64,000 nucleotides of DNA from Takakia lepidozioides (GCA_030704615.1 CM060731.1:32612001-32676000); one strand, 5' to 3'. Positions 1-11,832 are shown, numbered from the stretch's first letter. Program-made: numbers and translations. Notes: generated from the letters alone by a model not told the origin.

Positions 1-10
1 GAGCCATGCC

Positions 11-2251
11 ATGCAAACAGTAGGCATGGCAAGCGAAGGGGGGATCCCTGCCGTGCGCCAATCCCCTATGTCCATCGTCGCCTCGTTGCAGGCACGCCCT
101 CAAGGTGCCCTAGTGTTCCGTAACAAGGCTCCCCGAGGCACCGGTGTCTGTAACTCTGACCTTGTACTGAAAGCCTCCATATTGCGTGGGTTGCACACTC
201 TGTACTCTCCTCCCCAGTTGCTGAAGCTTATGGCACTGGGAAGAACTTGGAACAGTTTCAGATCGATTGCAGGGCAGTGGAGACCAGTAGTCCAGGCTGA
301 GACTTATGGACAGGAGTATGAACAAGGAGGCCACCTACAGGTGAAGAAGAATGAGTGGCTACAAGGGCCCACTCTGCACAAGGGAATGCCTGAGACTCCG
401 CACAATTGCAGCCATGTGGGCAATCACATGGAGATAGGGCACTGGGATACTGGAAAAGTGTTGGGAAAATCCCTGGCAGGTTTTCAACCTGTAATGGGTT
501 CTGTTGATGATTTGCATGAAGGGGCACTGAAATCTGATCGCAGCGTTGAAAGCAACCTGACAAGGCACTTCGATTTTTTGGTGATAGGGAGTGGTGTGGC
601 AGGCCTGAGATATGCACTTGAAGTGGCTAAGTTTGGGTCGGTTGCGATTGTGACAAAGTCGGAACCTCATGAGAGCAATACAAATTATGCTCAGGGGGGT
701 GTGAGTGCAGTCTTGGACCCATCCGACTCTGTGGAAAGCCATATCCAGGATACTATTATTGCAGGGGCGTTCCTGTGTGATGAAGAGACAGTTGAGGTGG
801 TCTGTCGAGAGGGTCCTGAGCGAGTGAGGGAGTTGATGGCATGGGGTGCCCTGTTTGATCAGAGTGAGGATGGACAGCTGCACTTGGCAAGGGAAGGGGG
901 CCACTCTCACCATCGAATTGTGCATGCGGCTGATATGACAGGACGAGAAATTGAACGAGCCCTTCTTACTGCTGCTCGCACTAATCCCAACATTGTCATG
1001 TTTGAACATCACTTTGCTGTGGATCTGCTCACACTTCAGGAAGGAGCAACTGTAATCTGCTATGGCTTGGATGCTCTGGACATAAGAAATCAAAAGGTGG
1101 TGCGCTTCATTGCTGGAGTAACTATGCTGGCTTCAGGCGGAGCAGGTCATATTTATCCAACCACCACTAATCCTTTGGTGGCAACTGGCGATGGGGTGGC
1201 TTTGGCACAACGGGCACATGCAGTGGTTTCAAATATGGAGTTTGTGCAATTTCATCCCACAGCCTTGGCTGACGAGGGATTACCAATCAGGCCCGAGAAA
1301 CGGGAGAATGCTTTCCTCATAACTGAGGCAATGAGGGGTGCTGGGGGAATCCTCTACAATCAGAGTATGGAGAGATTTATGCCTCTCTATGATTCGCGAG
1401 CAGAGCTGGCACCTCGTGACATGGTAGCCCGGAGTATTGATGACCAGCTGAAGAAACGTAATGAAAGATTTGTGTACCTTGACATTAGCCACAAACCACG
1501 AGATGAAATTCTGTCCCATTTTCCTAATATTGCAGCGGAGTGCTTACAGTATGGAATTGACATAACCAAGCAACCTATACCAGTAGTTCCTGCGGCTCAC
1601 TATATGTGTGGGGGGGTGCAAACTGGGCTACTTGGAGAGACCTCAATTGTGGGGCTTTTTGCTGCAGGGGAAGTCACCTGTACTGGCTTGCATGGAGCAA
1701 ATAGATTGGCTAGCAACTCCTTGTTGGAAGCGTTGGTGTTTGCACAGAGAGCTGTGGGACCATCAGTTGACCATGCTCTGAAAGTGGGAGGTGGACAGCG
1801 AGAGACCGATGAGGCCAAGGAGTGGCCACGACCAGTTGTGGCAGTATCCTTGATGGACTTCCAGGTAGAGGAGGTACTTCGAGTTACAGCTCTCCAACGG
1901 AAGCGGCTGCAGCAAATAATGTGGGACTATGTGGGCATTGTCCGATCAACAGAGCGCCTTCAAGTTGCACAGGCAGAGTTGGGTGAACTTGAACATGAGT
2001 GGGAGGATCACTTGCTCAGAAATGGGTGGAAACCCAGTATGGTGAGTCTAGAGGTTTGCGAGATGCGCAATCTGATATCTGTGGCTAATTTTGTGGTTAG
2101 TAGTGCTTTGGGTCGGCAAGAGAGCCGGGGGCTTCATTATACCACTGACTTCCCTGAGCTTGTTGAGAGTGAGAGGCTCCCAACAATTCTCTTCCCTAGC
2201 TCTCCCATGGCTAACACTTGGATCGGCTCACAATTGGTCCATAAACTGTAA
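11..2251 (+). CDS. AO: L-aspartate oxidase (NadB family, de novo NAD synthesis), intronless, with OSB-derived N-terminal extension
   Basis: 746-aa ORF: FAD-binding DFLVIGSGVAGL, TNYAQGG, LAREGGHSHHRIVH, EFVQFHPT, ELAPRD, PAAHYMCGG, GLHGANRLASNSLLE, RQESRGLHY. Plant-type insert PTALADEGLPI. Frame is open to the window edge, so the true start could lie upstream. Confidence 0.96.
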   Translation: MQTVGMASEGGIPAVRQSPMSIVASLQARPQGALVFRNKAPRGTGVCNSDLVLKASILRGLHTLYSPPQLLKLMALGRTWNSFRSIAGQWRPVVQAETYGQEYEQGGHLQVKKNEWLQGPTLHKGMPETPHNCSHVGNHMEIGHWDTGKVLGKSLAGFQPVMGSVDDLHEGALKSDRSVESNLTRHFDFLVIGSGVAGLRYALEVAKFGSVAIVTKSEPHESNTNYAQGGVSAVLDPSDSVESHIQDTIIAGAFLCDEETVEVVCREGPERVRELMAWGALFDQSEDGQLHLAREGGHSHHRIVHAADMTGREIERALLTAARTNPNIVMFEHHFAVDLLTLQEGATVICYGLDALDIRNQKVVRFIAGVTMLASGGAGHIYPTTTNPLVATGDGVALAQRAHAVVSNMEFVQFHPTALADEGLPIRPEKRENAFLITEAMRGAGGILYNQSMERFMPLYDSRAELAPRDMVARSIDDQLKKRNERFVYLDISHKPRDEILSHFPNIAAECLQYGIDITKQPIPVVPAAHYMCGGVQTGLLGETSIVGLFAAGEVTCTGLHGANRLASNSLLEALVFAQRAVGPSVDHALKVGGGQRETDEAKEWPRPVVAVSLMDFQVEEVLRVTALQRKRLQQIMWDYVGIVRSTERLQVAQAELGELEHEWEDHLLRNGWKPSMVSLEVCEMRNLISVANFVVSSALGRQESRGLHYTTDFPELVESERLPTILFPSSPMANTWIGSQLVHKL

Positions 2252-4431
2252 GAAGAAACACACTAGGTACTGGGAGTTCTATTCTTACGAGAAATGTAAC
2301 CGGTGCAAAAGGTGCAGGCCCACATTTTGGTTGGAAGTTCAGACGGACATGGGCATCCTTGTGAGATAATTCAGCTGGCTTGAGAAGCGTGTGTCCATTG
2401 GCCCTGTGTTGTGCATGGGCAAAAGATTATGTGTGACGTTAGTTAGTTTGGATGCCCAACTTCTGCAGCCTTGTCTTGGTTGGTTGCATTGGGATGCTCA
2501 TATCTGCTTGGTTCAATTGTGTGAGCATCACCTTTGTGAAGACCTAAAAAGAGCATGTTGCGATTGTTCATAGGGGTATGCTGTCTTCCGAAATTGTGGT
2601 TCCTGGCTTGCCCAGCCTAGTCAGATACTGTGGTTTTGCCAGTTGTGGATTGATTCGTCTGTTGCTCCAAGATGATCCAATCTGGCCATTGATAATTGTT
2701 GGTTGGTAGTCCAAGTAAAAGCAAGGTCATTGCAAAGAGGGGAGTGGAAGGAGTCAGCAAGATTGCATTGGTTGGAAACTCGAGGTAGTCGTTGTCTCTT
2801 CTTCTGCAGGACGTACGTCCTCTCTTGAGCAATGTCTTTGACCATATTAATGTCCACAAGGTTGGCCCATGTTCTGATTGCTCAAAAATTTAACTCTGAT
2901 CTGATTCAACAAGCCATCTCCCCCTCACCCTTCACGATATATCTTGTATGTATGCAAATGACACCATTTCTGGGATCTTCATCTCTTAATTGATCCTGTG
3001 ATGCAGCATCATTTAAAGTGAATTGGCAACAGTCCTTAGCACATCTGGTAGGAAGCAAAGGCTGCTAGTATCTAAAAATCTCTCCAAACACGAGGCTCTA
3101 ATCTAGGTTTGTCTGGTTGAGCAAACCATTCTTCTTGATCATCCTTTCTGCTCTACCCATTAGCCCTCAATGAGCTCTAGTAAGATATTGGAGCTCTCCT
3201 CAGTATCACCGGTGTCCTTTGGCAAAGCAAGTTCTCCCTGCATAAAAAGGGTTTTTGGAGTAAACATGTTAGACACTTCAGCTGCTGGAGTGCCATCCAT
3301 GATTAACACTCTAAGAGATGGAAGAGTGCCATAGAGTTCGCTCTGTTTATCAAAGGAAAATGTGTGCTACAACCTGATAGATCAGATATATGCCTTGAGA
3401 TCATCCGGCAGTTGGGTGGCCTGAATACGTGTTTAGATCCCTTCTGCTGGAGTCTCAGCCAATTCTGTTTCCTCTTTTTCAACTACCCGGCCTGTTCAAT
3501 TGCCACTTCCTGGTCTTTTCCTGGAGACCACTGAAATTGAAAGTGTGTTATCACGATCAAACTTGTCTGTCACGGGTCTTGGTATTCATAGTCATGGGGC
3601 TTCCGATCTATGAATCTATGGGTTCACGTTGACCTCTAATGTGAAGCTGGCATTAACTCGCCTATCAGTTCCCCATCAGTTCTTCAAGGAACGCCAAGTC
3701 TCCGACGTTTTGAGCGACTGCTGAGCCACAGATTTCGACTCCCTCTAGCCCAGCACCCTCTAAGTTAACGCAATACTATCGAGCACAATTCACCCACTTA
3801 GCCAACCGCCAACCTTTACCTATAGATTCTCTCTATATGCGAAGTTCAACGCTCTTCTTGCAGGACTCTTCTTCTCTACTTGAAGAAAGAGTGTTTCCCA
3901 TGGTCACTGGATCGACACAGCTTCCTATCTGTATAGGTCCTGCAGGACCCAGCCAGTCACTTAGGATGATGCTGGGTCATCGTAACCAAAGGGCTCTCAA
4001 CTCTCAACACTGAAGGTTCCCTGGCACATGAGACAGAAGTTGGAAACTGAACTGGGTTCGGTTCGAATACAAGAAAAGAGAAGGTCGTGTTACTTATCAT
4101 TCATCGAGCAGGACATTCAGTTGCACAATTCTGGCGCTGCTAATTATTAGAGATGGAGGCGCGGTATTGATGATTATTGATGTTGAGGTCGAGTGTAGTT
4201 AGGGTCTGCGTATTAATATGTGCATCTGTACTGGTGGGTTGATGCATTCTGCTGCCTGCTTGGCTCATCCCGGCAGGTGCCTTGCATCCACCTTTCTTGG
4301 AAGCTGGTAGCTCTGAATGCCTGCCGCCTCTGTGGGTTTGAATTTTTCTTTGGGTTTTTCTTCTCGTGTGCCTCAGATTGAGTCTTTGTGTACTGAGAAG
4401 AGTAATAATCGAGTATCAGTGAAGGAGCACT

Positions 4432-7418
4432 ATGGCTGCACATACAGTTGGCATGGCACGGGTTGCGAGCCTGCCTGCCTTCCACCGCTCCCCCTTGTTC
4501 TTTATCGCCTCTTTGCAGGCATGCCAGAGAAGTATCTTCGGATTGCCTCTGAAGTCTTCCCGGGGCTATGGTGCTTGCAAGATTGGCCCCGCGCTAAAAT
4601 TGTCAAGGTGTGGGTTGTACTCTTTGTATTCCTGTCTGCGTACTCCGCACCTTATAGCAGTGAGATGTGTCTCGAACAGTTTCAGGCCAATTGCGGGGCA
4701 GTGGCGACCAGTGGAGGAGGAGGAGGTTGATGGGGGTGTGCAAGGAGGTCACCTGGAGGCCGAGAACGCTGAGTGGCCACGGCCACCCGTTGTCTCCTTC
4801 AACAAGGAAATTTCCAACACAGTGCACCTCATCGGTCGCGTGGGCCGTGACATGGAGATTAAGTACTTCGATACTGGAAAAGTGTTGGCAAAATCCAGCC
4901 TTGCTGTACCCAAGACAACCCTTACTACTGTTTCTCCGAGTGCGCCAGAGGTTCCTCCAAGCTGGTAAGCTGATTGTTCCAGTGAACAGGGAGACAGAAA
5001 ACATAGAGATGAGTTACCTAGGGCTCTGCTCCGTGTAGAAAATTGGCAAAAGGACGAGTTCAGCTCCAGTAGTTTTGGCAAAATCCAGCATTGCTGTACC
5101 CAAGATAACTCTTAAAAGACTACTACAGATGTTCCTCTGAGCTTGTAAACTATTTTTGTTCCACTGAACAGGGATACAGAGAAATAAGCTACATAAGGCT
5201 CTGTTCGAGGGAGAAAGTGTCAGTTCAGAAGATATGCTTAGCATGCCTGTGCGGTACAAGAAATCGGAGCAAATGTGTTATGATAGTCTAACGTCCGTGA
5301 CTAGATTAGAGCTTGACGAGGCTCAGTCGGTCCGTTTGGGGTGCGATTGTGAATGTCATTGTCACAGTTTATGGTACACCAAAAGTAAGATTAATAAACA
5401 GGGTGGGATGGCAGGTTGGAGTTGGAGATCTGGGATACTCTGGCCGAGAGTGCGGGGCACCACGTTAAGAAAGGGGACAAGATTTATGTTACAGGGCGTC
5501 TGGTAGTTGACTCTTACATCAACAAGAACGACATACCTCAAAAAAGTACCAAGGTCGTTGTCACTTCCATATGTCACAGGCTTTAGATAAAGCGGCATGG
5601 GGTTCCTTCTCTTAGCTGCCTCTGTGGAGAGTCTCATATACACATAAGCTTTTACTTCTGTCTTCATTTCTGTCCGTTTGACACTCTTCGGACATCTTGG
5701 GATATTGTAAGGGCCTGACAATTGGTCTTATTTCCTGTGTGTGACAGATTGTCGTGAGGACATTGAGCTTTGTGGAATCAGAGAATTCAGGTCACCCTTT
5801 CTCTAACCCTTTCTCCCTCCAAACTGGGTCTGGGGTCTATGACCACCAGGCCAGGAGCAAGCAGTTTGATCTCTGCCTCTATCCACTGACCGGTAATTTT
5901 CTGAACAGAGGGCATTAAATGGAATGCCTCTACTGAAGGACACAGATCCCTGGAAACTAGGGACCTGACTTCAGTGATTGTAAGACCTTCCTCATGCCAT
6001 CCTGCGACCGCTCAATTTTGAGGGTTTCTAGAAGATACTACCACATGCCAACTTGCCTTCATTAAAAGGCTCAAGTTGGTGGCTCTTCATATGCATGATC
6101 TCTTCACTGGCACCTTTCCGTGCCTCCAAGGTGTGGGGTAAGATGAGAAGCAGTTCAGATCCCTCAATGCTTTCTAGAGGAAATCTGGAAAGTCCGAACT
6201 AATCGTTTATTATCAAGTCCCACTACTGCGTTGAGCCACTCATTAAGGTAGTCTGTTCCCTCTTGTTCCGCCCAAACTGGGCGTGGTGTCTGTGGCCACA
6301 AGGCTACGGCAAACGTCTTAATGAATACATTCTCTCTGTCTCTGTCTCTCCTGCCCTTTCCATCTGGAGGAGTTGGTGGAGAAGGCTGTGGCCAAGCCTC
6401 AGAGAATCACTGCAAAAGCTTAAGCAGTGGTCAAATCAGCTTATTTTGTCTTTCTTATCAAGTGGGACTCCAGGGCCTCCGGCCACTTCATATTATCCGT
6501 ATTTCTTCTCAAGAAACTGCTTAGGTAATCATCTAGATATATATCAACTGTGCTTAGTAACGCAGCCTTTGTAAAATGGGAAGTGACCCTCTTGCTGGCA
6601 TTTTCAAAACAGCCATTTTTCAATCCATTGCCCAGCAACATGACAGGTGATTTAGGTCTGGTGTAACAATGGGGTCACCTTAACGGACATGCATTCTATT
6701 TCAATATGGGTTTTACTGTAGGTAGTTTTCCTGGTGGATGTGACCTGCTGTTGGTACTGTGGGTGCAGTCAAATATCCGAAAAATTCTTCAGAGCCAGAG
6801 CAGCTTTGGAATGAATATTTTGCTAACCCAAGTCAATGGTGGGATAATCGAGGCAAAAAGGTGAATGTGTTATGTTACAGCAGAGAGGCATTGTTTAATT
6901 TTCTTGTGAAGTAACGATTGCTACCATGGTTTCAATCTCGCTCTCTCCTCAACATCAGTGCAACCACTTTGGCATATTTCAGTCTCAAAGTAGGTGCTGG
7001 AGAATTAGTGGTAATAAAGGTCATGCTTTGACTAACACCAAAATTATGGCCTGAACTTCCATACCCTTTTAGATTGAATGAATACAGGATAGGAACTATT
7101 GTCCAGCAGTAGTGTAGGGTGTTTGATCTGTAAATTCAGGGTTGCCAATTGTCTGCCACTTATGGTGAGGAAAGATTGATGCATTGCTGAAGAGTCTGGG
7201 GTGAAGTGTGGGTGCAGGTCAATCCCAGAGGACCAGATTTTAAGCACAAGACCACCAATGAGGCTCTGTGGATTGATAGCTTCAAGAAACCTGCATGGGT
7301 AGATGCTCAACTGGAGAAGTTGGACTCACGTAGGCCACAGCCTGGAGGAGGGTTTTCAGGGCGTTCCCAGCCTAACAGCCCCTCCTCTTTTACAGATGGA
7401 GACCTCCCAGACTTCTGA
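4432..7418 (+). CDS. OSB: Organellar single-stranded DNA-binding protein (OSB/PTAC9 family); exons 4432-4964, 5415-5553, 5748-5790, 6769-6860, 7218-7418
   Basis: Spliced in frame at GT-AG sites: transit peptide, SSB fold (NTVHLIGRVG...WLELEIWDTLAE...VKKGDKIYVTGRL...IVVRTLSFVE) and one PDF motif (LWNEYFANPSQWWDNRGKK|VNPRGPDFKHKTTNEALWI). Confidence 0.92.
4878..5208 (+). repeat. Degenerate tandem duplication (~150 bp) of the OSB exon1/intron1 boundary
   Basis: ttggcaaaatccagccttgctgtacccaagacaac...gttcctccaagctggtaagc...gttccagtgaacaggga (4885-4992) recurs as ttggcaaaatccagcattgctgtacccaagataac...gttcctctgagcttgtaaac...gttccactgaacaggga (5075-5174). Confidence 0.85.
6170..6330 (+). mobile_element. 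3'-end fragment of LINE family A in OSB intron 3
   Basis: tctagaggaaatctggaaa...caaactgggcgtggtgtctgtggccacaaggctacggcaaacgtcttaatgaatac matches the 3' end of the LINE at 11590-11832. Confidence 0.75.
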
Positions 7419-8265
7419 TCTTCTTATGTGGGATGCATAGGAGGTTTTACAAAATACTCCTTCATGATGCAAACAATGAGGGGAGGCAATAGCCACCCAT
7501 TGCAAATTCCATTAGGCAGAGTTCTTAAGTTTTTGAATGAGGGCTTGGTTTCTTTTCTCCCTTTTAGTCAAATGGAGGTGCATAGACTTCTACATGAGGG
7601 GAGGGGTATTACGCAGATGTTTTATGTTGTAACATTCTGGTTAAATTTAGGTTCTTCTCCCATATGATCCTCAGAGCTCCGATTGTCTGTTGAAATAGAC
7701 TTGTACATGATTTAACTTGACAGTACTTGTGTAAAAATGTACACAATTTTGGCCTTTTCAGCTGGAACTGCTTATCAATGTGGTGGTGTATAGCATTATG
7801 TTAGAAGTGGGTTTTGGGGGTTTTGATGACCAATGTCTGCTCACTCGTGGAAGAGGAAGTGCAACATTCTCCCTATGAAAGTTAACTGAGTGCAAGTGGA
7901 ATTCACTCTCCCTGTGCCCAACATCTGTTGCCTTTGCCTTCTAAATCCATGCGACCCAAGGAAGTGTAACATCTTCGAAGAGGAGGTGCCTTCATGGTGC
8001 TGGGACTACATGCCCCCTTCCAGCAGCAATGACCATGACCCAAATTGCACAGAGTTCCTACATATTCACCAGTTTCCTAGTGCATTGAAGATATTTGGCA
8101 ATCTGGATTCTTGAACTGCATCCTAGTAGCTCACTGTAGTCTCCCTCAAAGGAGATGCAACACAGCCACAGACATACAAACTCCAAGCAGGGAATGAATA
8201 GGTTAAGAATAGATTCATCCTTGCAAAAGTAGGGATCTCACATTATTAGGTTTTGTGGCAAGTAC

Positions 8266-8320
8266 TATAAAAAACGTGTTTATCATGTTTATGAGCAGCT
8301 GCTCTGAACTCTAAACCCTA
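8266..8320 (+). promoter_or_regulatory. TATA-like box and telo-box upstream of SNU13
   Basis: ctataaaaa (8266-8274) and AAACCCTA (8313-8320); telo-boxes are typical of plant ribosome-biogenesis genes. Confidence 0.45.
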
Positions 8321-8456
8321 TCTCCAGCGCTTGTTCGTCTTCCTTTCCGCTCCACCGTCACGGCCGCCCTGTTGCTCTCTCCCTCTTCTATCTTTCCGTC
8401 TCTCACGCTGCGAGGGGTGTGTGGCTTGTGATTTGGAAGTTGGGTTTCGAAGCGAC

Positions 8457-8843
8457 ATGGGTTCAGAGGCAGTAAATCCCAAGGCATACCCGTTGGCGGA
8501 GGCGCAGCTCACCATAACCATCATGGACATCGTGCAGCAGGCGGCCAACTACAAGCAGCTCAAGAAGGGAGCCAATGAAGCAACCAAGACCCTGAATAGA
8601 GGCATTGCGGAGTTCGTGGTGATGGCGGCAGATACAGAGCCTTTGGAGATTTTGTTGCACTTGCCCTTACTGGCCGAGGATAAGAATGTTCCTTATGTTT
8701 TTGTGCCATCAAAACAGGCATTAGGGCGGGCATGTGGGGTGTCACGGCCTGTCATCGCATGCTCTGTGACTACGAATGAGGGCAGTCAATTGAAGTCGCA
8801 GATACAGCAACTCAAGGATGCCATCGAAAAGCTTCTGATTTGA
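8457..8843 (+). CDS. SNU13: SNU13/NHP2L1 (15.5K K-turn-binding protein of U4 snRNP and box C/D snoRNPs), single coding exon, 128 aa
   Basis: [14 protein letters not shown]...[22 protein letters not shown]...[35 protein letters not shown]...IEKLLI; ATG at 8457. Confidence 0.97.
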   Translation: MGSEAVNPKAYPLAEAQLTITIMDIVQQAANYKQLKKGANEATKTLNRGIAEFVVMAADTEPLEILLHLPLLAEDKNVPYVFVPSKQALGRACGVSRPVIACSVTTNEGSQLKSQIQQLKDAIEKLLI

Positions 8844-9715
8844 AGAGAGACCAGGCCGGAAAGAGACTGGGGACATGCGCACAACTACGTCTGCATGTGG
8901 TGGCCCTGGCTTCGCTCCTTCTCTGACTAACTGAAACGTCAAGACTCTTACTGCTCCGGCATTGATGAGAGATTCGGTTTGATAGGAAGCGTGATAACCG
9001 ATAGGAAGCGTTAAGGGTTATCTTGGACGCAAGTTTGGGCTTTTGTGTTGGAATTCTGGAAGTTTTTGGTGGATAGGATGCAAAATCCGTAGTCTTTCAG
9101 AGAGACTGTAATCAACTTTGCTCATGAATCAGTGGCCATGTTTCCTTTTTGACTGGCTCCTCTACATATTTGTTTCCTTAGGTTCTGGATGACCACACTA
9201 CAACTGGATTTCCGATGCCAGTACCAGTGAGGGTGACTATTGCGATGCACCCCTCATGTAGCAATGATACAGCTCCTTTCGCCCAGTACTTTCCTGGTAT
9301 TGCAACGCCTTTCGTCTTGTTGTACAATCAACCTATTTGATTCTGGCTTTCTGAGTATGTTCATTGCTCAACAGTGAGGTGAAACTTGGTTCTTTCAGCA
9401 GCCCGTCTATTTGTGAGTATGGCCTACCCATCACATTCAAACAAAGCAAAGTCTTCCTTGTATATGTTGTTTTTGTTCGCCATGTGGATGTTGTACAGGA
9501 GTAAAACACGGAGATTTGGATAACGATGTCTGTGTTAAGGTCGTTATAAACTTTACCTACGGTTTCTAACTACTGTCCAGGATACACCCATATCTCCATA
9601 CACTCGCTCTTATTTCATGAGAGGGGCCTTTAGTGGGTGGTTGAAGCTTCTGCTGAACGAAGACTGAACACTTCAATGAAATTCAAGCAGTCTATGAAAC
9701 AAGGCCTTGTTTACT

Positions 9716-9720
<5 letters not shown>

Positions 9721-9756
<36 letters not shown>
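9721..9756. repeat. (CT)n microsatellite
   Basis: Perfect CT run. Confidence 0.95.
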
Positions 9757-9758
<2 letters not shown>

Positions 9759-10502
9759 CTTGTCATTGGATAAAGCTGTGGAGTATTTAATCAATTGAAT
9801 GTTAAACCTATGTGTTAGTTGTATCTTCTTAGAAAGTTGACTCAGTACGTCTACACTCTCCTTTGGTTCTGGAACATTTAGTGGGGAGTTAGTAACAGCT
9901 CGTCAATATTATAGGATGTGCCTGATTGGTCTTTCTACTCATTATAAGGTATTAGACAGCATTCTTTTTGTTCCCTTTCTCTTTTCTACTTCGTTCAGGG
10001 TTTACTTGATTGATTTTACTCTGTTCAATCTTGCCTTTCTTGTGCCTTCTGTTTTGATCTTTGGAAGTTCCTTCTTTCTCTTTGATTTGGCATTACCTCT
10101 TATTTGCCATTTTTGCGGAGGTTCAGCATCCAAGTAGTGACCAGCTGGTATCTCATGGGTATCTTCAGGGTGCACAGGACCCTTCAGCTATCCTTCCAGC
10201 AAACCTCTTGGAGTGGTTTTGCTCTATTTTTGGTTCCTCTATTGATTACTAGACAATATCATGTTGCCTGCTGAGGGCTAGCTAACATTATGGCTGAGTT
10301 TTCCCATTACTCCCCCAGAAGTCCCCGAAAGTTCTATGTATGCAGATCTGCCTATGAATTTGAGCATAGTAATATGTATGATCTACACCCCATGTCACGG
10401 AGCTGCAACTTGTCACTGCTACAGATGAATGAAGTTGATGGTCCAAGACTTCGGGATTGACAACACAATGTTAAGACTGCACTCTCTATATGGCTCTACT
10501 TG

Positions 10503-11832
10503 GCTAATGTCAGCAAATGTGCAGTGGTAGCATTCAACGACAGAGGAGAGGGAGGAAGTGATCTTAAGTTGCAGTGGGGTAGCCAAGAGATCCCGGTCCT
10601 CCCTTCCTACACTTACCTGGGCGTTGAGTTCTCCTCCAATTGTAATTGGGATGCACATATCCGGAAAGTTGTTCAAACTGGCAAGGGCAAAGCTCTGGGG
10701 CTCACTAAATTTTTCCACTGCAGAGGGGTCAACTCTGAGGTTAAGAAAACCATGCTTTGTCGCGTTATTAGACCTGCCTTGGAGTACGGATCTGCTATAT
10801 GGGTTGATAACTCCAACCAGGCTAAGTCTCTAGAATCCATTCAAGTGGGGGTGCTTAAGGAGTGTATGTCAGCATGCTCCAAAACAGCCAATGTGGCTGT
10901 TCGGGGTGAGTTTGGCATTCCGTCCTTAAGCTCCCGACGAGATGAATTCAAGGTCAGATGGTGGGGTCAGCTGCAACATATGCCCAACACCAGATATCCT
11001 AAATTAATCGACTCTATATCTTGGAAACAGGACCGCCCTGTCAAACAGGCTAAGTCCTGGCAGAAGAGAGTAGAAGAGATCCTCAAGGACCTGGACCTGG
11101 ATCCGCAAGTCTTGACCCTGCTGGATAAATCTGACTTAGAGGCTGTAGTGTCCTCAGCCATGTCTGTTGCCATGAGATTGTCTGATGAAAATGAAGTTAG
11201 GCAGAAAACTTCCCTGAACTTGTTTCCAGTTTGTGACATGGGGGAGGACATCTTGGATGACCTCAAGGGTCTACCCACTCTCGGCACTAGACTGAAATTT
11301 AAACTCAGGGCAGGAAGCCTACCTTTGAACAGCAAACAGAAGCAGAGAGGAAAGGGAGAGTGCAATTGCCCGTTGTGTGGGCAATCTGAAGACAGTATTC
11401 ATTTTCTGATACACTGACCGGGGTTCTCTCACCAAAGAGACGCTCTCTTCAAATCTATTAAGGGAATTGTGCCTGTACCCCTGTTTACCAACTTTGAAAG
11501 TCTCGAGGTTGAGCCAAAAGCCCAGGCCCTCCTGAGGCCTAGTTTTTGGGCAAATCACACACAGCAGATTGATGCTTGTGTGAAGGGATTTCTAGAGGAT
11601 ATCTGGAAAACCCGGATTGATTCTTTATATGGAGGTAAGTCTTACTACCAACGTCAGCCCCTGACAGAGGTAGGTTCTGTCCCTTTTGTTCCCGCTCAAA
11701 CTGGGCGCGGGGTCAATGGCTACAAGGCTACGCTCAAACTGGGCGCGGGGTCAATGGCCACAAGGCTACGCTCAAACTGGGCGCGGGGTCAATGGCTACA
11801 AGGCTACGGCAAACAACGTCTTATGAGTACAA
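10503..11832 (+). mobile_element. 5'-truncated non-LTR retrotransposon (LINE family A), C-terminal RT region plus Cys/His finger
   Basis: YTYLGVEF, RPALEYGSAIW, AVRGEFG, KLRAGSLPL, CPLCGQSEDSIHFLIH*P. A single in-frame TGA at 11415-11417 replaces the expected Cys and the frame continues into ORF 11469. Candidate 8-bp TSD TCTACTTG at 10495-10502 and 11833-11840. Confidence 0.88.
11694..11807 (+). repeat. 3 x 38-bp tandem repeat at the LINE 3' end
   Basis: gctcaaactgggcgcggggtcaatggc(t/c)acaaggctac at 11694, 11732 and 11770. Confidence 0.95.

Noticed and set aside
1810-1845. EWPRPVV in AO resembling EWPRPPVV in OSB as a second captured block
   Set aside because: Only 5-7 residues, and a similar W.RPVV motif is, as I recall, native to plant AO; treated as coincidence.
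11-2251. Intronless nadB as a bacterial horizontal transfer or contaminant
   Set aside because: The protein has plant-AO-type segments (PTALADEGLPI..RENAFLITEA; GW.P.MV.LEVCEMRNL) and sits among spliced plant genes.
2600-3950. Possible decayed L1-type ORF1 or leftover OSB duplicate between AO and OSB
   Set aside because: Only a vague Cys/His hint on the minus strand; no OSB exon 2-5 similarity visible; cannot be supported without a search.
8331-8456. 42-aa N-terminal extension of SNU13 in the ORF track
   Set aside because: Starts at a non-ATG codon in a CT-rich 5'UTR; the conserved protein starts at ATG 8457.
8850-10400. snoRNA or K-turn autoregulatory element downstream of SNU13
   Set aside because: No convincing paired C/D boxes with a terminal stem recognised by eye; would need a covariance-model scan.
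11694-11807. CRISPR-like array (also 22092-22279)
   Set aside because: Head-to-tail repeats without unique spacers, no cas genes, eukaryotic TE context.
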